Assembly (NCBI RefSeq): GCF_000400465.1
Contig: NW_008806276.1
Span: 20,001 to 268,000 of the forward strand
Direction of reading: 5' to 3'
Length of the DNA stretch: 248,000 bases
From: Wallemia ichthyophaga EXF-994
Lineage: Eukaryota; Fungi; Basidiomycota
Below the pieces are notes generated by a model. That model made no database searches and was not told the origin of the DNA. It saw only the letters and a list, made by a program, of their open reading frames with translations. The position numbers and the translations under genes are program-made. Of the stretch, positions 173,208 through 186,922 are shown one piece after another. Every line of letters begins with the position of its first letter. Within the stretch, counting starts at the first letter, position 1.

Positions 173208-173310
173208 GCTTTCGTGGCTTAGGGGTTATAGCGCCGTGTTAACACCGGCTCATCTGAGAAGATGAACAGTTGCTCCGCGGAGGTCGCCGGTTCGATTCCG
173301 GCCGAAAGCT
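173208..173310 (+). tRNA. tRNA-Val(AAC) with about 30-nt intron
   Basis: GCTTTCG/CGAAAGC acceptor stem, CCGTG-TT-AAC-A, GGTTCGATTCC B-box, T-run terminator. Confidence 0.93.
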
Positions 173311-174306
173311 TTTTCACCACGAAAAGTCCTTTTTCTGGCAGAAGCTGATGTTATTTTGCTCTTCGGTCTGACGAAGCACCACAGAGCATCACAGATGAAT
173401 ACAATAGATCCGCTCCTCTTTGTTACGAATGTGTTCATATTCCATTATTGCCGCAAAATCTACTATTCAAAAATGATGAAAATGTCATCCAACCTTATTG
173501 AGGATACAGTAAAAAGAGCAAGGCTTTCGCTTAAGTGGCAATCTTGGAAGAATTAATTGGTAGGTAGTATCAGCTGGATACGGAGAGCTGTAATCGTATG
173601 TCGGTACAGTGGCAGTGGAGAAAGAATCGATCACTCTACTATCCGAATTCAAACTAACTACAAAAATCACCATCAAATTACCTTTTCGAGATACTTTGAT
173701 TATCGGGCTGGTGGCCATAAGTGAGCTCTGAACGGTACAAAAGCAAAATAGGCTCTGAGAAAATGTACACTAATATTAAGGCATGAATGTTACTGATAAA
173801 TATGCAAGTTAATCTAGACCGCTAGTAAAATTTGTAACAAATAATTGCTGGATTGTTTAACTTAACAGAGTCTAATTAGAGGGTACTCGAGATATCGGAA
173901 ATTCCCGCAATAGTCTAATATGAAATCAATTCCCACCAATCGCCTACTTCCTCATTTCTAATCCCGCACAGGCACATATCACTGATAGTAGATGGTTCCT
174001 AGTCAAAACGGAGAGAAGCCACGCTACAAATTTGTAATCCTCAGGCCGAATTAAGAGTATAACAACTAATGTATAAAAATAAGTACATGATACCTAAATC
174101 CCAATCTGAAAATCTATTGCAAAAAAATTGATTTTATCCATGAACTAAATCCAGTTCAACTGATCCATCCATCCATAATTCTAATTAATGTGTTGTTTTG
174201 TAATTGCTATCGTTGCGTGTCATGATATACTGTGTATAAGGTTGTTTAGGGGTGTGTAGATTGTGTAAGGATGTCTAAAGTGTGCTAGTATGCGCACTAA
174301 TATCAT

Positions 174307-175770
174307 CTATACTGCGCAAGAGAATGGATGGTCGAATGTGCCATTTTCATAACCAGCCTTGATATTCTCAACTGCTGAGTAGATGCCGAGCGGGGTGATG
174401 ACCGCACTGAAGGCGATGCAGAGACATGCGAGTGCGATGAATGGTGAGCGCTTCAATGTGAATACGTGCTTCCAGGAAGGCTCGCTGGTGCGATAAAGGT
174501 GAAGAATACAGACACCTGGCAAACCGAGAGCGAACCAAACACTGAAGATTGAGCTGATGATAGAAAGCATTTCACTGAAGAATGGAATGAGGTTTGCAAT
174601 GACCCATCCAAATATCCAGAATGAACCGACAATACCCATCCAGGCGAAACGCATCCTCCACGACTTTTCAGTGAGACGCTCAGAGTGTCTGAAAGCCTGG
174701 ACGTAGACAAGCTTGGCACCGGCAGCAACTGGGACAACACCGGCGACGAAAATTGAAATAAGGGCGATGGCATAGGCCGTAATCATGACAGGACGAGCTG
174801 TCATGGTGAGAGAAGGTGATGTAACATATTGACCACCGAATGAGTAGATTGTAGCGCCTACTATGGTGTAGAAGGTGATAGAGAGGACTTGGACGATACC
174901 CAAACTCTTCTTGAAGTCGTCTGGTCTCTTCATTTCACTGACGACAGTGAGGACGATTGCTTGACCACCCCAACCGAAAATGATGTTTGTGAGAGCGCTA
175001 ATAGTACCGATAAGACCATGGTTTTCGAAAGCGTACCAATGGATGGGCTCATCACCTGGTGAGACAAGTCTGCTATCGTCTTGGACACCAGTTGCGATAA
175101 TAGTGATGAAGGAGGCAGTGAGAATTGCGGTAACAGATGCAATTGAGAGGAAGGTCAATTTCTCCAATCTACGCGATAGCGACATGAGGAAGGAGACAAC
175201 CGCCATAACGACTGTCCATACGATACTGCAAACGAGGTCGTTGTTGCCAATCATCTTTCTAAATGCGATACCACCGGAGAGGACGTGGCTAGCTGCCATG
175301 AAAACGGACTTCAAAACGAGACCATATCCAAATATGATTCCACCAACTTCACCAAACATAATTCTACCAGCATCACCGTAGTTCATACAACCAGGATACT
175401 TCTTCTTGAACTCAACCAGCCAGATACCAGTCAACCAGCACAACATCCCGAGGAAGAAGGTAGTGAAAACACCACCGAACATACCCATTTTGTGGAAGTT
175501 TGATGGGAATGAAAGGATACCAAGAGCGACTTGCTCACAAGTAATCAATAAACCTGCACTGATCCAGCCCATGTTGCGGAAATTGACCGCACCTTCTTTG
175601 TGTTCTGCTTGAGCAGAGAATGGGTCGACTGTGAGGGTATTGTTAGGTGGAGTAAACAAGGCGTAAAGCAAACTCACCAGTAGCGTCGACTTCTTCAACA
175701 GGATCCAAAGTTGCTCTGAAATGAGGCTCTTGCTTTTCGGCTTCTTGGTCTGTCTTCGACATGCTGCCGA
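174307..175770 (-). CDS. Amino acid transporter (Aa_trans, Mtr-like)
   Basis: EQVALGILSFP, YPGCMNYGDAG, VVSEMKRPDDF. Confidence 0.9.
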   Translation of the reverse strand, partial: SAACRRQTKKPKSKSLISEQLWILLKKSTLLVSLLYALFTPPNNTLTVDPFSAQAEHKEGAVNFRNMGWISAGLLITCEQVALGILSFPSNFHKMGMFGGVFTTFFLGMLCWLTGIWLVEFKKKYPGCMNYGDAGRIMFGEVGGIIFGYGLVLKSVFMAASHVLSGGIAFRKMIGNNDLVCSIVWTVVMAVVSFLMSLSRRLEKLTFLSIASVTAILTASFITIIATGVQDDSRLVSPGDEPIHWYAFENHGLIGTISALTNIIFGWGGQAIVLTVVSEMKRPDDFKKSLGIVQVLSITFYTIVGATIYSFGGQYVTSPSLTMTARPVMITAYAIALISIFVAGVVPVAAGAKLVYVQAFRHSERLTEKSWRMRFAWMGIVGSFWIFGWVIANLIPFFSEMLSIISSIFSVWFALGLPGVCILHLYRTSEPSWKHVFTLKRSPFIALACLCIAFSAVITPLGIYSAVENIKAGYENGTFDHPFSCAV

Positions 175771-176324
175771 TGCTTGATGTTCTTTCGAAGCTGTTGTGCT
175801 TTTCGTCGCTCACTAAGGCAGAGTTAGATCAGTGCATCAAGTTTGACTGGCTGAGGAGTGGCTGGCAATCTTATCTTAACAAGAGAAAGACAAGGCACTA
175901 GACACTCATAGCAATGTCTTTTGGTTATACTCACTTTTATGTGATTGTTAAAGATGAAGAAGACGGATTGAGGGAAATATAAAGGCGCGTTATCAGGTGC
176001 AAGGTGGGGAGAAAATTCTCAAAATTTAAGCGAGGATCACTTGCGAGCTGACGTTGTTCCTAGTTTCAGCTCGGGTTTAATGAGCCACTAAGATTATTGC
176101 AAGAAGTAACGCGCTAGATAGTTTGAATATTTCTATCGATTTTCGTCTCCGCTTTTGGTTGTACACAATTCTGCAATTGTCTCAAAGCGGCTACAATCCC
176201 GATTAGGGAGGAATAAAGGGTGATAGGTGTGACAAGGATATTAATAGTGTTTTGTTTTCATAATTGTAGTACAAAATTGTAAAAACCTTACATTTCAGAC
176301 TTGCTCCTCCTTGCTTATTTCGAA

Positions 176325-178203
176325 GATGCTGCGAGTGAGTTACCGGTTCGCGGGGAGATTCCAAAACTTAGATAATTACAAGGTTGCTGTAGAAGGCTGT
176401 GCCCATGGTCTGTATCTCAGACTGTAGTCTCTGTCTCCCCCTCATACGCACCACAGGATCACTCGATATTATTTACCGCGCGATCGCTGAGAATGACAGG
176501 ATTAGCGGACACAAGACACGATTACTCCTCATTTGCGGAGACTTTCAGGTGTGCTATATTAAGCCCGCACATCTGACTTGCATCTGACGCCTCGCTTCTG
176601 CGGTTCAGGCTTTGAGGAATCACTCTGACTTCAACACGCTTGCTGTCCCGCAAAAATACAAGCAGCTGGGTGATTTTTACAATTATTACAGTGGCAAGAA
176701 AACTGCGCCTATCCTGACCATCTGTATCGGTGGAAACCACGAGGCCAGCTCGTACTTCTGGGAGTTGTGAGTTTTCTCGTGGAAGTATTAATTACTCGGA
176801 TTAATGCTCCCAGATACCACGGCGGATGGCTAGCTCCAAATATCTACTATCTAGGTCGCTCTGGCTCTGTAATGGTCGATGGCGTCCGCATTTCTGGCGC
176901 TAGCTGCATCTACAAGCCAAAAGACTTCATAAAGGGTGAATGGATTTTCATTATGACTACACATCTAACAACTCTATAGGATACTTTGAGAAAATCCCTT
177001 ACAACAACTACACCCTGAGATCAACCTATCACATACGTCAGTTTGATGTTTCGAGGTTACTGCATGTGGGTACAGTCAATTTTCTTGCCATACTTCTCAT
177101 CTCAAGACAGCTACCTAAACCAGACATCTTCCTCTCTCACGACTGGCCTCTTTCGATAGAAAGATACGGCGATACGAACGGCCTTATACGTAAAAAGCCT
177201 TTCTTCAAGGATGAGGTGGGTAAATTTTGCTACAGCAGTATCTCCCACTTATTTCGAAATTTCAGATCTCTAAAAATGAGCTCGGTTCACCACCTCTTCT
177301 CACCCTCCTCCAGAATCTCAGACCTAGGCAGTGGTTTTCGGCGCATTTGCACGTATACTTCAAAGCCAAGTGGCTGTCAGTGGCACAAAGTAGCAGCAGC
177401 GGCAAGCGTATATCTTCATCTCCTCACGCAAAGCAACCGTCTAAGCGTCTCAAGATTGTTGAAGACCCAACTGAATCTAATACTAATCCAGATGAGATAG
177501 CAATAGAAGACGATGTTGATGATCGGCCAGCTGAAGGGGCGAATGAATCAAAAGATAGACAGAAACACGACAGCAATCCCGAAGAGATCGCTATAGAAGA
177601 CGAGGAAGGGGATGAAAATGGTATAGAGCAAGTAGACGATATTAGCAGCGCACCTCAACCATCCGATGAAGAGGTCACATATTTCACAGCACTCGACAAG
177701 AGTCTTCCAAATCGCAAATTCTTAGAGGCAGGTATTTGTACAAAGTTTTGCAGTCCTAATTTTAACATATCCATAACAGTTTATCAATATAGAGACAGAC
177801 GACAGAAACGCCAGTCACAGGCCTTTTTTTACATTCGATCCCTATTGGTTAGCTATCACGCGCGCCTACCACCCCTTCATGTCTACACAAGACTCGCAGA
177901 CACTGCCATTAGAGGAGGAAGCCAAGCGCGAGATAGATGTGCAGCTGCAGTGGGCAAAGGAGTATTTGAGCAATGTGGAAGTGGAGAGTGTGCAGCAATT
178001 CGTTAAGACTGCGCCAGGTGATGGTGATAGAGGATTCACATTCAAAGGACAACGTAGGTGTAATTTTTTTAGTACGTATCTCTGACCGGCTACATGCAGC
178101 TCACACATACACTAATCCCCAGACTGAGGCTTTCTGTCAAATGCTAGATATACCGAACTTTGTTAATCCTCAGCCGTGTGAAGGAATGCATCATGACTTA
178201 TAA
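176325..178203 (+). CDS. DBR1: RNA lariat debranching enzyme
   Basis: [39 protein letters not shown]. Confidence 0.93.
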
Positions 178204-178594
178204 TGCAAATGCGACAAAGGATAAGATACACAGATGCATTCGAAAGAGTATGATGAAGGACAAGCCGGGCTAGAAGAGCAAAGAACGCAGCCAATAGGAA
178301 ATACAATGTCAGTTGATTAGTATTTATTGTACATAATATGAAGATAATAACATGGTATAAAGCATGCGCTTCTTGAGTGGGTTATTTGCCGGGTGTCTCG
178401 CCGGGTGTCTAAGTGTCAATACGATTCCGAGACAAATTGCCAGAAATGTTAACTTAGTCTCGTAAGTCATTCGAGGCATCGGATAAATTCTTAGGCCATC
178501 AGGATACGTTAATAATTGATTGGCGCCTACCTCTTTTGTCTCAGCGTCTGAGTCGTCGACGTCATGCAATGTTTTATGACGCACAAGAATGAAT

Positions 178595-178855
178595 AGACAC
178601 ATGATTTCATTAGTAGGACTGAGGGGATAAACGTAAAGCAATAAGAAAAAGATTCAGCGAGTTATTCAACAAAGGAAAAATATCATAAGAAACACCAAAA
178701 AAGATTGGTTGTAGATTACCACTACTTCAGACGGGGCTCGAACCCGCAACCTTTGGATGGCTAGTTCAACTCGGTTTGAACCCTTCGATGATACTAGAAG
178801 TCCAATACTCTACCATTGAGCCACTGAAGCGCCCGTTGCGCTAATCGGTTGTTGA
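178595..178855 (-). repeat. Left arm of a ~260-bp inverted repeat containing tRNA-Arg(TCT)
   Basis: Reverse complement of 192114-192375, with a few mismatches at the distal end. Confidence 0.92.
178723..178830 (-). tRNA. tRNA-Arg(TCT) with 36-nt intron
   Basis: GCTTCAG/CTGAAGT, TTGGA-CT-TCT-A, GGTTCGAGCCC. Confidence 0.93.
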
Positions 178856-179799
178856 CACTCACGAATTTTGTTACAAAATATTTCAAACATACACAAAACC
178901 TGAAATGCAGAAACATCATCATCTTTTTTTGAAGCATTTATGGACAAATTTGGTGTTTTACACGCTTTAAAATCTAGTTATTGCGTGGTGACAGTGCTAA
179001 CACCTATTATAATGCAAAACCAAAACATATCAGCGAGAGAAGTGGGAATAAGAAACGCATCTCAAATCAATTTAAATTAATCAACTGACTAATCATTTAT
179101 TGGTGAAAGTGATAGTATCTTCACAGCTATTAGCGCTTCGAGGAGCACCTAAAATGCGTTCAAAAATACATCGCCAAGTAAAGCAAGCTCGGAAATTGTG
179201 CAAAATAACAATTGATTGTTTACTATGTCTACCGAGCTCTATCGCTTTGATTGGAATTTAGGTATGCTACAGGGATTAATGAAAAGAGTTCGCTAGAGTG
179301 CTGGAAAACTCACAGGAACTCTGTATCTATTCAGCGGCTCTGATTTCCAGGATATACCTTTTTCAACTCTTGTCATCTTGCAATCATTATCGGGAATAAA
179401 GTAAAATGGAGGGATCACTAGCAATTTTGCTAACGATAGTAGTGGTGATAACGTGAATCTAACTTCTTGCATAACTTAATTCTAACGTATTTGAAACAAG
179501 TCTGATGACGTTTGTATTCTGCGCTCTTTCTTCGTGCTTGGGGGATGGGGTACGGGCAGCTTTCACAGACACAACGCACAACAGATCAGCATATGCATAT
179601 AAGCGTGGGATTGGTCGACGCGTCAATGAATTGGAGGAAATGGAGATGGAGAGCTGGGGAAGGTGAACCCAAGAATTATATGTGCAGAATTTAAACGCTA
179701 TAATCATACAAAAGCTTGAATGCCAGTTGTAGCTTTGCCAAGAATCAACGCGTGGCTATTTTAGTTGTAAATTCAGTGATACCCTAATAAATAGAACTT

Positions 179800-181113
179800 A
179801 TAACTCACATATCGTGTGTACCTTCGTACGTGTTTGTGACGTGCAGGTTGTTAGCAATCCGACCGACATGATACTCGTCGGCCACACCATTACCGCCAAA
179901 TATATCCATAAGCGTGCGCGTATGTTGCAAAGCCATACCGCAATTGTTGCGCTTCACGAGTGAGATCATCTCTGGGCTGTAGGTATTTGCATCCATCAGT
180001 CTTCCAACTTGCAAAGACGCGAGAAGACCCAGCGGAACTTGAGTAACTGCGTCAGCCAGTTTCTTTTGGACGAGTTGAAAAGACGCTAATGGACGATTGA
180101 ACTGCTTTCTATCGAGGGCATATTCTCTGGATTGAGCAATAACATCTTCCAATGCACCCATCACACCCCACGAGATACCGTAACGCGCTTGGTTGAGACA
180201 GCTGAATGGTCCTTTGAGACCAGAAACATTGGGCAAAATGTGTTCTGAGGACACATGTACATCATCCATATATATCGATCCTGTAAGCGAAGCTCTTAAG
180301 CCCATCTTATTCTTGATTGCAGGCGCCGTCAAACCGTCCATACCCTTCTCAAGGATAAAGCCTCTAATTTTGCCATCCCATTTACATTTCGCCCATATCA
180401 TAAACACGTCGCTAATTGGAGAGTTGGTTATCCACGTTTTGGAGCCGTTGAGTTTGTATCCATGGGGTGTTTCTTCAGCTATCGTCTCCATTCCGTTTGG
180501 ATCGCTTCCATGTTGTGGCTCTGTCAGTCCGAAACAACCTACTAGATCGCCGGATGCTAGTCCTGGAATATATTTCTCGCGTTGCGCTTCGCTACCGAAA
180601 GCGTGGATTGGATACATTGTTAAGCTCGATTGAACCGACATTGCCTGTGTGGGTAGTGTGAGAGGGTGATTTTGAACAAAGTGAGTGACAAACCGATCTA
180701 TATCCACTATCGACTCTCTCAACCTCCCTCGTGATCAAGCCGTATGCCACTTTAGAGACACCGGCACAGCCGTAACCGTCGAGAGTGGCGCCAAGGAAAC
180801 CTAACTGACCCATTTCTTTGAGTATCTGACGATCAAAGTGTTCATGTCGTGAAGCTTCGAGGATTCTAGGCGAGAGTTGTTCTTGTGCGTAGACTTTCAC
180901 GCTTTCTCTGTAGCACGTGTGAGCAGAATGCTGTGCAATCCAGCAGCACTCACTCAATTGCCAGTTCGTCTTCAGTTAGTAGCGTGTCGAGCTTGAGTGG
181001 GTCTCGGAAATCGAAATTGATGAATTTAGAAGAGGGGATGATAGTGCTAGTCGCAGAGGAATCAACTGGAGGTCTCTGCGTCGTTATAAATCTTCTGCCC
181101 AAATTTCTTAGCA
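179800..181113 (-). CDS. Glutaryl-CoA dehydrogenase
   Basis: [39 protein letters not shown]. Confidence 0.93.
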
Positions 181114-181534
181114 TCGCAGTGATTGAATGGTTAAAACGGGGTTGATGATAGCATCATAGCAGTTTGTCACATGGCTTCGGGTGTGCGATATTCACGGAGC
181201 ACGCTGATTATAGTTGTACTCCAAATTTAGCTCTGATCAAGCTAGCTCACATCAATGGCTTATGACTTAGATTTCAAAGTACATTGATTGGCAACGAAAA
181301 TTCAAAGATTTTAAAATTAATACAATAAGCCTCTTAATCTCCAGCTCTTGAATATCACACTGCTGGAAGAAAATTTCGTCTGCTCCCAAGAAGATTTTTG
181401 GCGTCTTCAGCTTGTTCTCCATCCATCAAACGCATATCAAAATAAAATGAAGGTGAGCTAAAATATTGTCGGAGCTGATGGGATAATGTACATCACCCAC
181501 GCATTCTTCGATTTCCCCCTAAAGAACAACGCTG

Positions 181535-182180
181535 ATGCTGTTATCATAGGTTTTCACAGTGAGTTTACTTTTGCTCAAAAGTAGTACTCCGCTTTAACAT
181601 TAATCCAGGACGTTGTCTCCGGTGATGAGCTTGCTTCAGACGCATACCCAATGAAGGAGGAAGGCCCATTCTTGACTATCGATTGCGAAGTGAGTCGATC
181701 CATCCACGTTCCATTAGCATCCGAGCTCAACGATATATTCTAGGTAATCACCGTCGGCGGTGAAGGCGCTGATATCGGTGGTGACGAAGGCGGTGTAGAC
181801 GATTCTAAGGAGCAAAAGATCAACTTGGTTCACTCTTTCGGTTTGAAACAAACTCAATTCGACAAGAAGTCATACACCGTTCACTTGAAGGTATTTTGAG
181901 ATATTTAAAAACAAAGGCATAGCTGATTGAAAATTTGCAGGACTACATGAAGAACGTCGTTGATCACTTGAAGGCCAACAACCCAGAGCGTGTTGATGGC
182001 TTCAAGGCTGAAGCTCAAGCTGGCTTGAAGGAACTCTTGTCCAAGTTTGGTGACCTCGAATTCTTCATGGGAGAGTCATTGTCTACAGATGGTCAAGTCG
182101 CTCTCCTTAACTACCGTGAAGACGGTATTACTCCTTACTTCACCTTGTGGAAGGACGGTCTCAAGGGACAAAAGATCTAG
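181535..182180 (+). CDS. TMA19: Translationally controlled tumour protein
   Basis: FDKKSYTVHLKDYMK, FFMGES, LLNYREDGITPY. Confidence 0.9.
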
Positions 182181-182868
182181 AGTCCTTACTCGTATCATCT
182201 TTTCATCTTTATTCATATAAAAGTAAATTCATACATCAATTTTCTTGGGTCTTGCGAGATTTCCCTTTGTGTGTGTCTGCTTGATTCTGTTGATGATTGC
182301 AACTCTTTTGAGATTTTGGTTGACAGTTTTCTTGCTGCTGCTATTGTTGTGTGAGGTGTCTGAGACTGACATCGCAATCGTTCGTTGTGAATCGCGCTGT
182401 GAAGTAGTGAAGAATTGGTAAATATATAAATTATTGATTTAAGTTCTGTTGAGCCCTCATTGATGTACTACATAAGAACATTGAAAATTTTAGGCAAACA
182501 AGTTGCTAAAAGGAGATTCTTGTGTGAGATATTAGATAAGATCCTTAGAAGCATTGTTACAGTGTTTTATACGTTCGAAACCTTCAATTCGTAGGTCAAC
182601 TATGAATGTTTCGATAATATTACTGTGTTATGTAGAATGGAATGTATAGCGCATTCCTATGAGTGAAATCATTTAATGGAATATCCGTTGAAGAATGCCT
182701 ATGTCCATTGTTATCGCTGGGGATTGAGCAGATTAGAAGCTTAGGAGACATCCAGAGGCGAATATGCACTCACAACTACTCTCAGCCTCCCAATATAATT
182801 ATCTCCTCGCTCTCTCAAACACTTCAAAATTCTCTGTCTTCCTCCTTCACCTACCAGCAACACCGAAA

Positions 182869-184457
182869 ATGGACTACAGGAAGACGCTGCCGTTGCCGCA
182901 AACGTTTTCCCATAAAATAGGCTACTCCCAAGATTCAAAATATTTTAAAAGCTTCAAGTCAACTTTCGTCAAGGAGTTTGCGCCTATAACCAGCGTGAGC
183001 TTCTCACCAAGCACGCCGCATAGATTTGCAGTGACATCTGCCACCCGAGTACAGATATATACGCCTAGATCGCAGTCGGTGGTGAAGACGATCAGCAGAT
183101 TCAAGGATGTTGCCAGGTCTGGTCAGATCCGTGGTGATGGTCGATTGGTTATAGCGGGCGACGATTCTGGTTTGGTGCAGGTGCGAGAAGATTGCGCGTA
183201 TTAATTACTCAGCTAATGCTCTACTTGCAGGTATTCGATATAAACTCCCGCGCTATCCTTCGTACATTCGACGACCACAAGCAGCCCGTCCATGTTACAG
183301 CTTTCCATCCTACAGAACAAACCAAAGTTCTTTCAGCTAGCGATGACTGTAGCGTGATACTACACGATATACCAACTCAGACTGCGCTTCATAAATTTGA
183401 CGAGCATTCTGATTACGTTAGGACAGCCAATTTCTCACCTTCTTCTCCTTATCTACTTGTTTCAGGATCTTACGATCACACGGTCAAACTTTGGGACACA
183501 AGAATGCAGCAGTCGGCCATGACCATGTCGACTGGTGGCTTACCAGTCGAATCCACATGTTACTTACCTGGCGCAGAGTCCATTGCGTCTAGCTCCGGTC
183601 CTATTGTGCGTATCTGGGATATCATGGCAGGTGGCAGATGCAGGAAAGCGTTCAGTAATCACCAGAAGGCTGTCACATCGCTATGTGTTGATGGTGATGA
183701 GAAGCGTTTGCTGACTGGTAGCTTAGACCAGATGGTGAAAGTGTACGATTTGGAGAGTCTCAACGTTACGCATACGATGCGTTTCCCTGCTCCTGTATTG
183801 TCAATAGCTATGTCGCCGGATAACATTAATCTCGCAGCTGGATTGTCGGACGGTACGCTTGCTATTCGTAGACGTCAAGCTAAGGGTGTAGAAGTCGCTG
183901 AAAAGATTGCTGAGAAGGAGGCTATGAAATCTGGTTTGTATGAGTACATGCAGGAAGCGCAAACTGTAAAACCCGTAACGCAAACCAGCGTCAAATCAGA
184001 GGGTAATCTTGCACACGACGAGTTTAAGATAGAACCAATTAGAAGATTAAAATTGAAAGAGTTTGACAAATATCTCAAGAAGTTCCAATATTCTGAAGCT
184101 TTAGATGTGACGCTAGCGAAGAAAGCTGCGCCTACAACCTTATTTGCGTTGTTACTCGAGTTGATCAATAGGAATGGATTGAAACAGGCTGTATCTGGAC
184201 GCGACGATATTGGTCTTGAGCCACTTGTTTCTACACTAGTTAAATGGATAGTCGATCCACGGTTCACTGATATAGCTGTAGTTGTCGCATCTACTATTAT
184301 AGACATATATGGAGACGTAGCTGGACAATCTGAGCTTATTGACAATCTTCTCAACAAACTGCGCAAGAAGGTTGACGACGAAATCAACGTACAGACGGAT
184401 TTCATGAATGCTAGAGGTGCTTTGGATATGATATTTGCACAATCAACACTTAGATAG
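182869..184457 (+). CDS. UTP15: U3 snoRNP WD40 protein Utp15
   Basis: FAVTSATRVQIY, ISRFKD, HSDYVR, UTP15 C-terminal helices. Confidence 0.92.
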
Positions 184458-184497
184458 ATTTGATCATAATTTATTGTAATTTATATATACAAACACT

Positions 184498-186412
184498 TTA
184501 CAAACTACTCACATATTCGATGAGATGTTCCACAATTTCACGTTGTGTGGGTGATCCATCGTTATTTGAAGGTTGTTCGCCCATGTTATCAGCGTACTCA
184601 TGTAGAATAGATGTAACATCCTTGAATGACACTCCGCGACGGTTGAGGAGCAACTCAGTGTGGTCTTTGATTCCGTCGTCTTCCATCACTAGCCAGGCCA
184701 AAACGTAGTCTGATAGCTGCAAGGTAAACAACCCATCTTCCAATCTACCTAGGTAGGCCTCGTCTTCTTCTATATCCATCTGACTATCCTGTTCAATGCG
184801 TACTTTCACTCTACTCGCAGCGTTTTCACGAATCTCCAACAATCTATCAACTTTCTCGTAATCATTCTCGACAAACTTGGTTAACAAACGAACTCTGCCG
184901 AGTGTGTCTGATCCCAAGTTGGAAAATAATGACACTAGTATACCCAAAAGATGTTCTTCCTGTTCTTGTACCGATACAGCTCCAAGTGCGCTCTTCTTAT
185001 GAGGAACTTTATTCATGAATGCACCAAATAAGCTTGTCAGCCCATTGGCTTCGATAAATGCTTCACTATTGAGTGAGCCTTCTGGTCCTGACATGGCATG
185101 ATCTAATGTCTTGATAGCGCGTGACCTTGACATCAACTTCTCCTGTGCTATCAGTACCATCAAGTCGACTCCTTCCGCATCCTTGAACTGAACCTTTGCG
185201 AGTGGTTCGGCCAGCACTGTACAGAGTGCGTTATAAGCGTTCTCCAGAAACTCCAATTCTTCAGCATCTTTGGGGTCTTTTTTCATATAGTGCTGAATTG
185301 TGTTGTGAGTGTTTTTGATGGATATTTTATATTCAACCCACCGACAACGACTGCAGAATACTATCAAGACCATCTTTTTGCTCCAACACGGCCATTCTAT
185401 TCTTAGACGAATCCTGTAGCACGATAGCTAGGATTTCTGACGCGTATTGCTTATTCTGGTCGTACTCTACACGAGTGATGCGCTTGAGCAACCAAGGTAA
185501 TATGTTGGTGGATGAAATCAGCACCTCTGCCAGCTCTGGCCTGAGTGAAATCAAATTCTCAAGTAAAGCGAGAGTATGATAAACACCCTCGACATCGCTA
185601 TCTTGATCCTCGTTCAATCTCTTCAGATTAGATACCAGTAATTCTAATATCTGAAGCTGTAGGATGGTGTCTACGAATGAGTTAAGATGAATTCTACCCT
185701 GATCAACGTCATCTACGGCATCCAAGATATCCTCATCAGTCAACTCCTCTAGCACTTCGACCACATCAAGCGAAATATCTGTATTATCATGAGATAACAA
185801 ACCAACCAGCTGCTCCGTTGCGCCAGTGTTGATAAGCTGTGGATAGGATATAGATGGATTCTGTGCGAAAGTTTTGAGTTGATGTAACGCGCTATCCAGA
185901 TCAGCCTCTGAGTCAATAAATTGATGTGGATCGTCTGGGTATTTACCTCTAAGCTGAGTATTTTTGCTAATGACTCGCTCTAATTGCTGTAGCTGCTTCT
186001 TAATTGACGCTGGTGACAGTGTCAACTCCTCGCCGCCTTTATCGGCTTTATCGAATACGTCGAGTATTGTTGACTGCTCTTCCGTCAATCCGCCACCAAA
186101 GAATCTACCGTCTTCGTCGTCTTCTTCAAATTCGTCGTTGTTAGCATCAATGTACTCGACTGTATCGTCTTCATCTTCATCTGCTATCGTCACAGCTCTA
186201 CCCTTTCCTTTACCGTTGTCTGGTGCTGATTGTGCGTCATCCTGATTTTCCTGAAGCCTGACTTTCTTGATTGCTTCCTCGGATGCTGGCTCGAATCTGC
186301 GTTTATTCTTACCCGAAGGTAGTTGAGGGAGCTTGAACATTTTAGAGACCTTTAATCAAATCTGTAAGTTACCGGATTCGAACCTAGGGCTCTCTAGAGA
186401 ACTCACATCCAT
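184498..186412 (-). CDS. Beta-catenin-like protein 1 (CTNNBL1)
   Basis: EDDEDGRFFGGG, FIDSEADL, LLSHDNTDI, YASEILAI. Confidence 0.92.
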
Positions 186413-186588
186413 GATGATAGTTTCGATTCAAGATAGCGTTTCTTAATCTCAGACGTCATGGCGGGGGCTTCTAATCGCAAATTTCAAGATAAATTGCAAT
186501 CGCAGGCGAAATCAAATGAGGCTGTTACAAGGTCAGTTCTTTTCCTCTACTAACTCCATTCCAGCTCACTCGGATACGTAGATCGTCC

Positions 186589-186792
186589 ATGTCCAAGTTG
186601 ATTGCTTTCTCGCTAGCTTTGGTTTTGCTACCAATATCCGTTTACTTTGTATCGCTGAATAGAATATTCACGGGTAACTCCACATACGCTGCCATTACAG
186701 CTGCAATCACTGCCAACGTCGTCCTAATCTCTTACGTCGCTATGGCCATTTTAGAAGATGACAGCGGCATCAAGCAAAAGAAATCAGAATAG
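186589..186792 (+). CDS. VMA21: V-ATPase assembly factor Vma21
   Basis: KLIAFS..LPI..YF, TAAITANVVLISYV, acidic/KK tail. Confidence 0.8.
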   Translation: MSKLIAFSLALVLLPISVYFVSLNRIFTGNSTYAAITAAITANVVLISYVAMAILEDDSGIKQKKSE

Positions 186793-186922
186793 TTCCAACA
186801 TTATGTATTCCTAACTTTTAATTATACATGAAACAAATGAGTGAAAATTCTTAAAAACATTAAAACCATTAAAAACATTAAACGAGTGTCATTAAAGAGC
186901 GCAAATATAATAGCGTTATCTT

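Noticed and set aside
186361-186480. Possible additional or split tRNA around GGTTCGAATCC
   Set aside because: The T-stem does not pair and no acceptor or anticodon partner was found; the motif lies in the CTNNBL1 intron.
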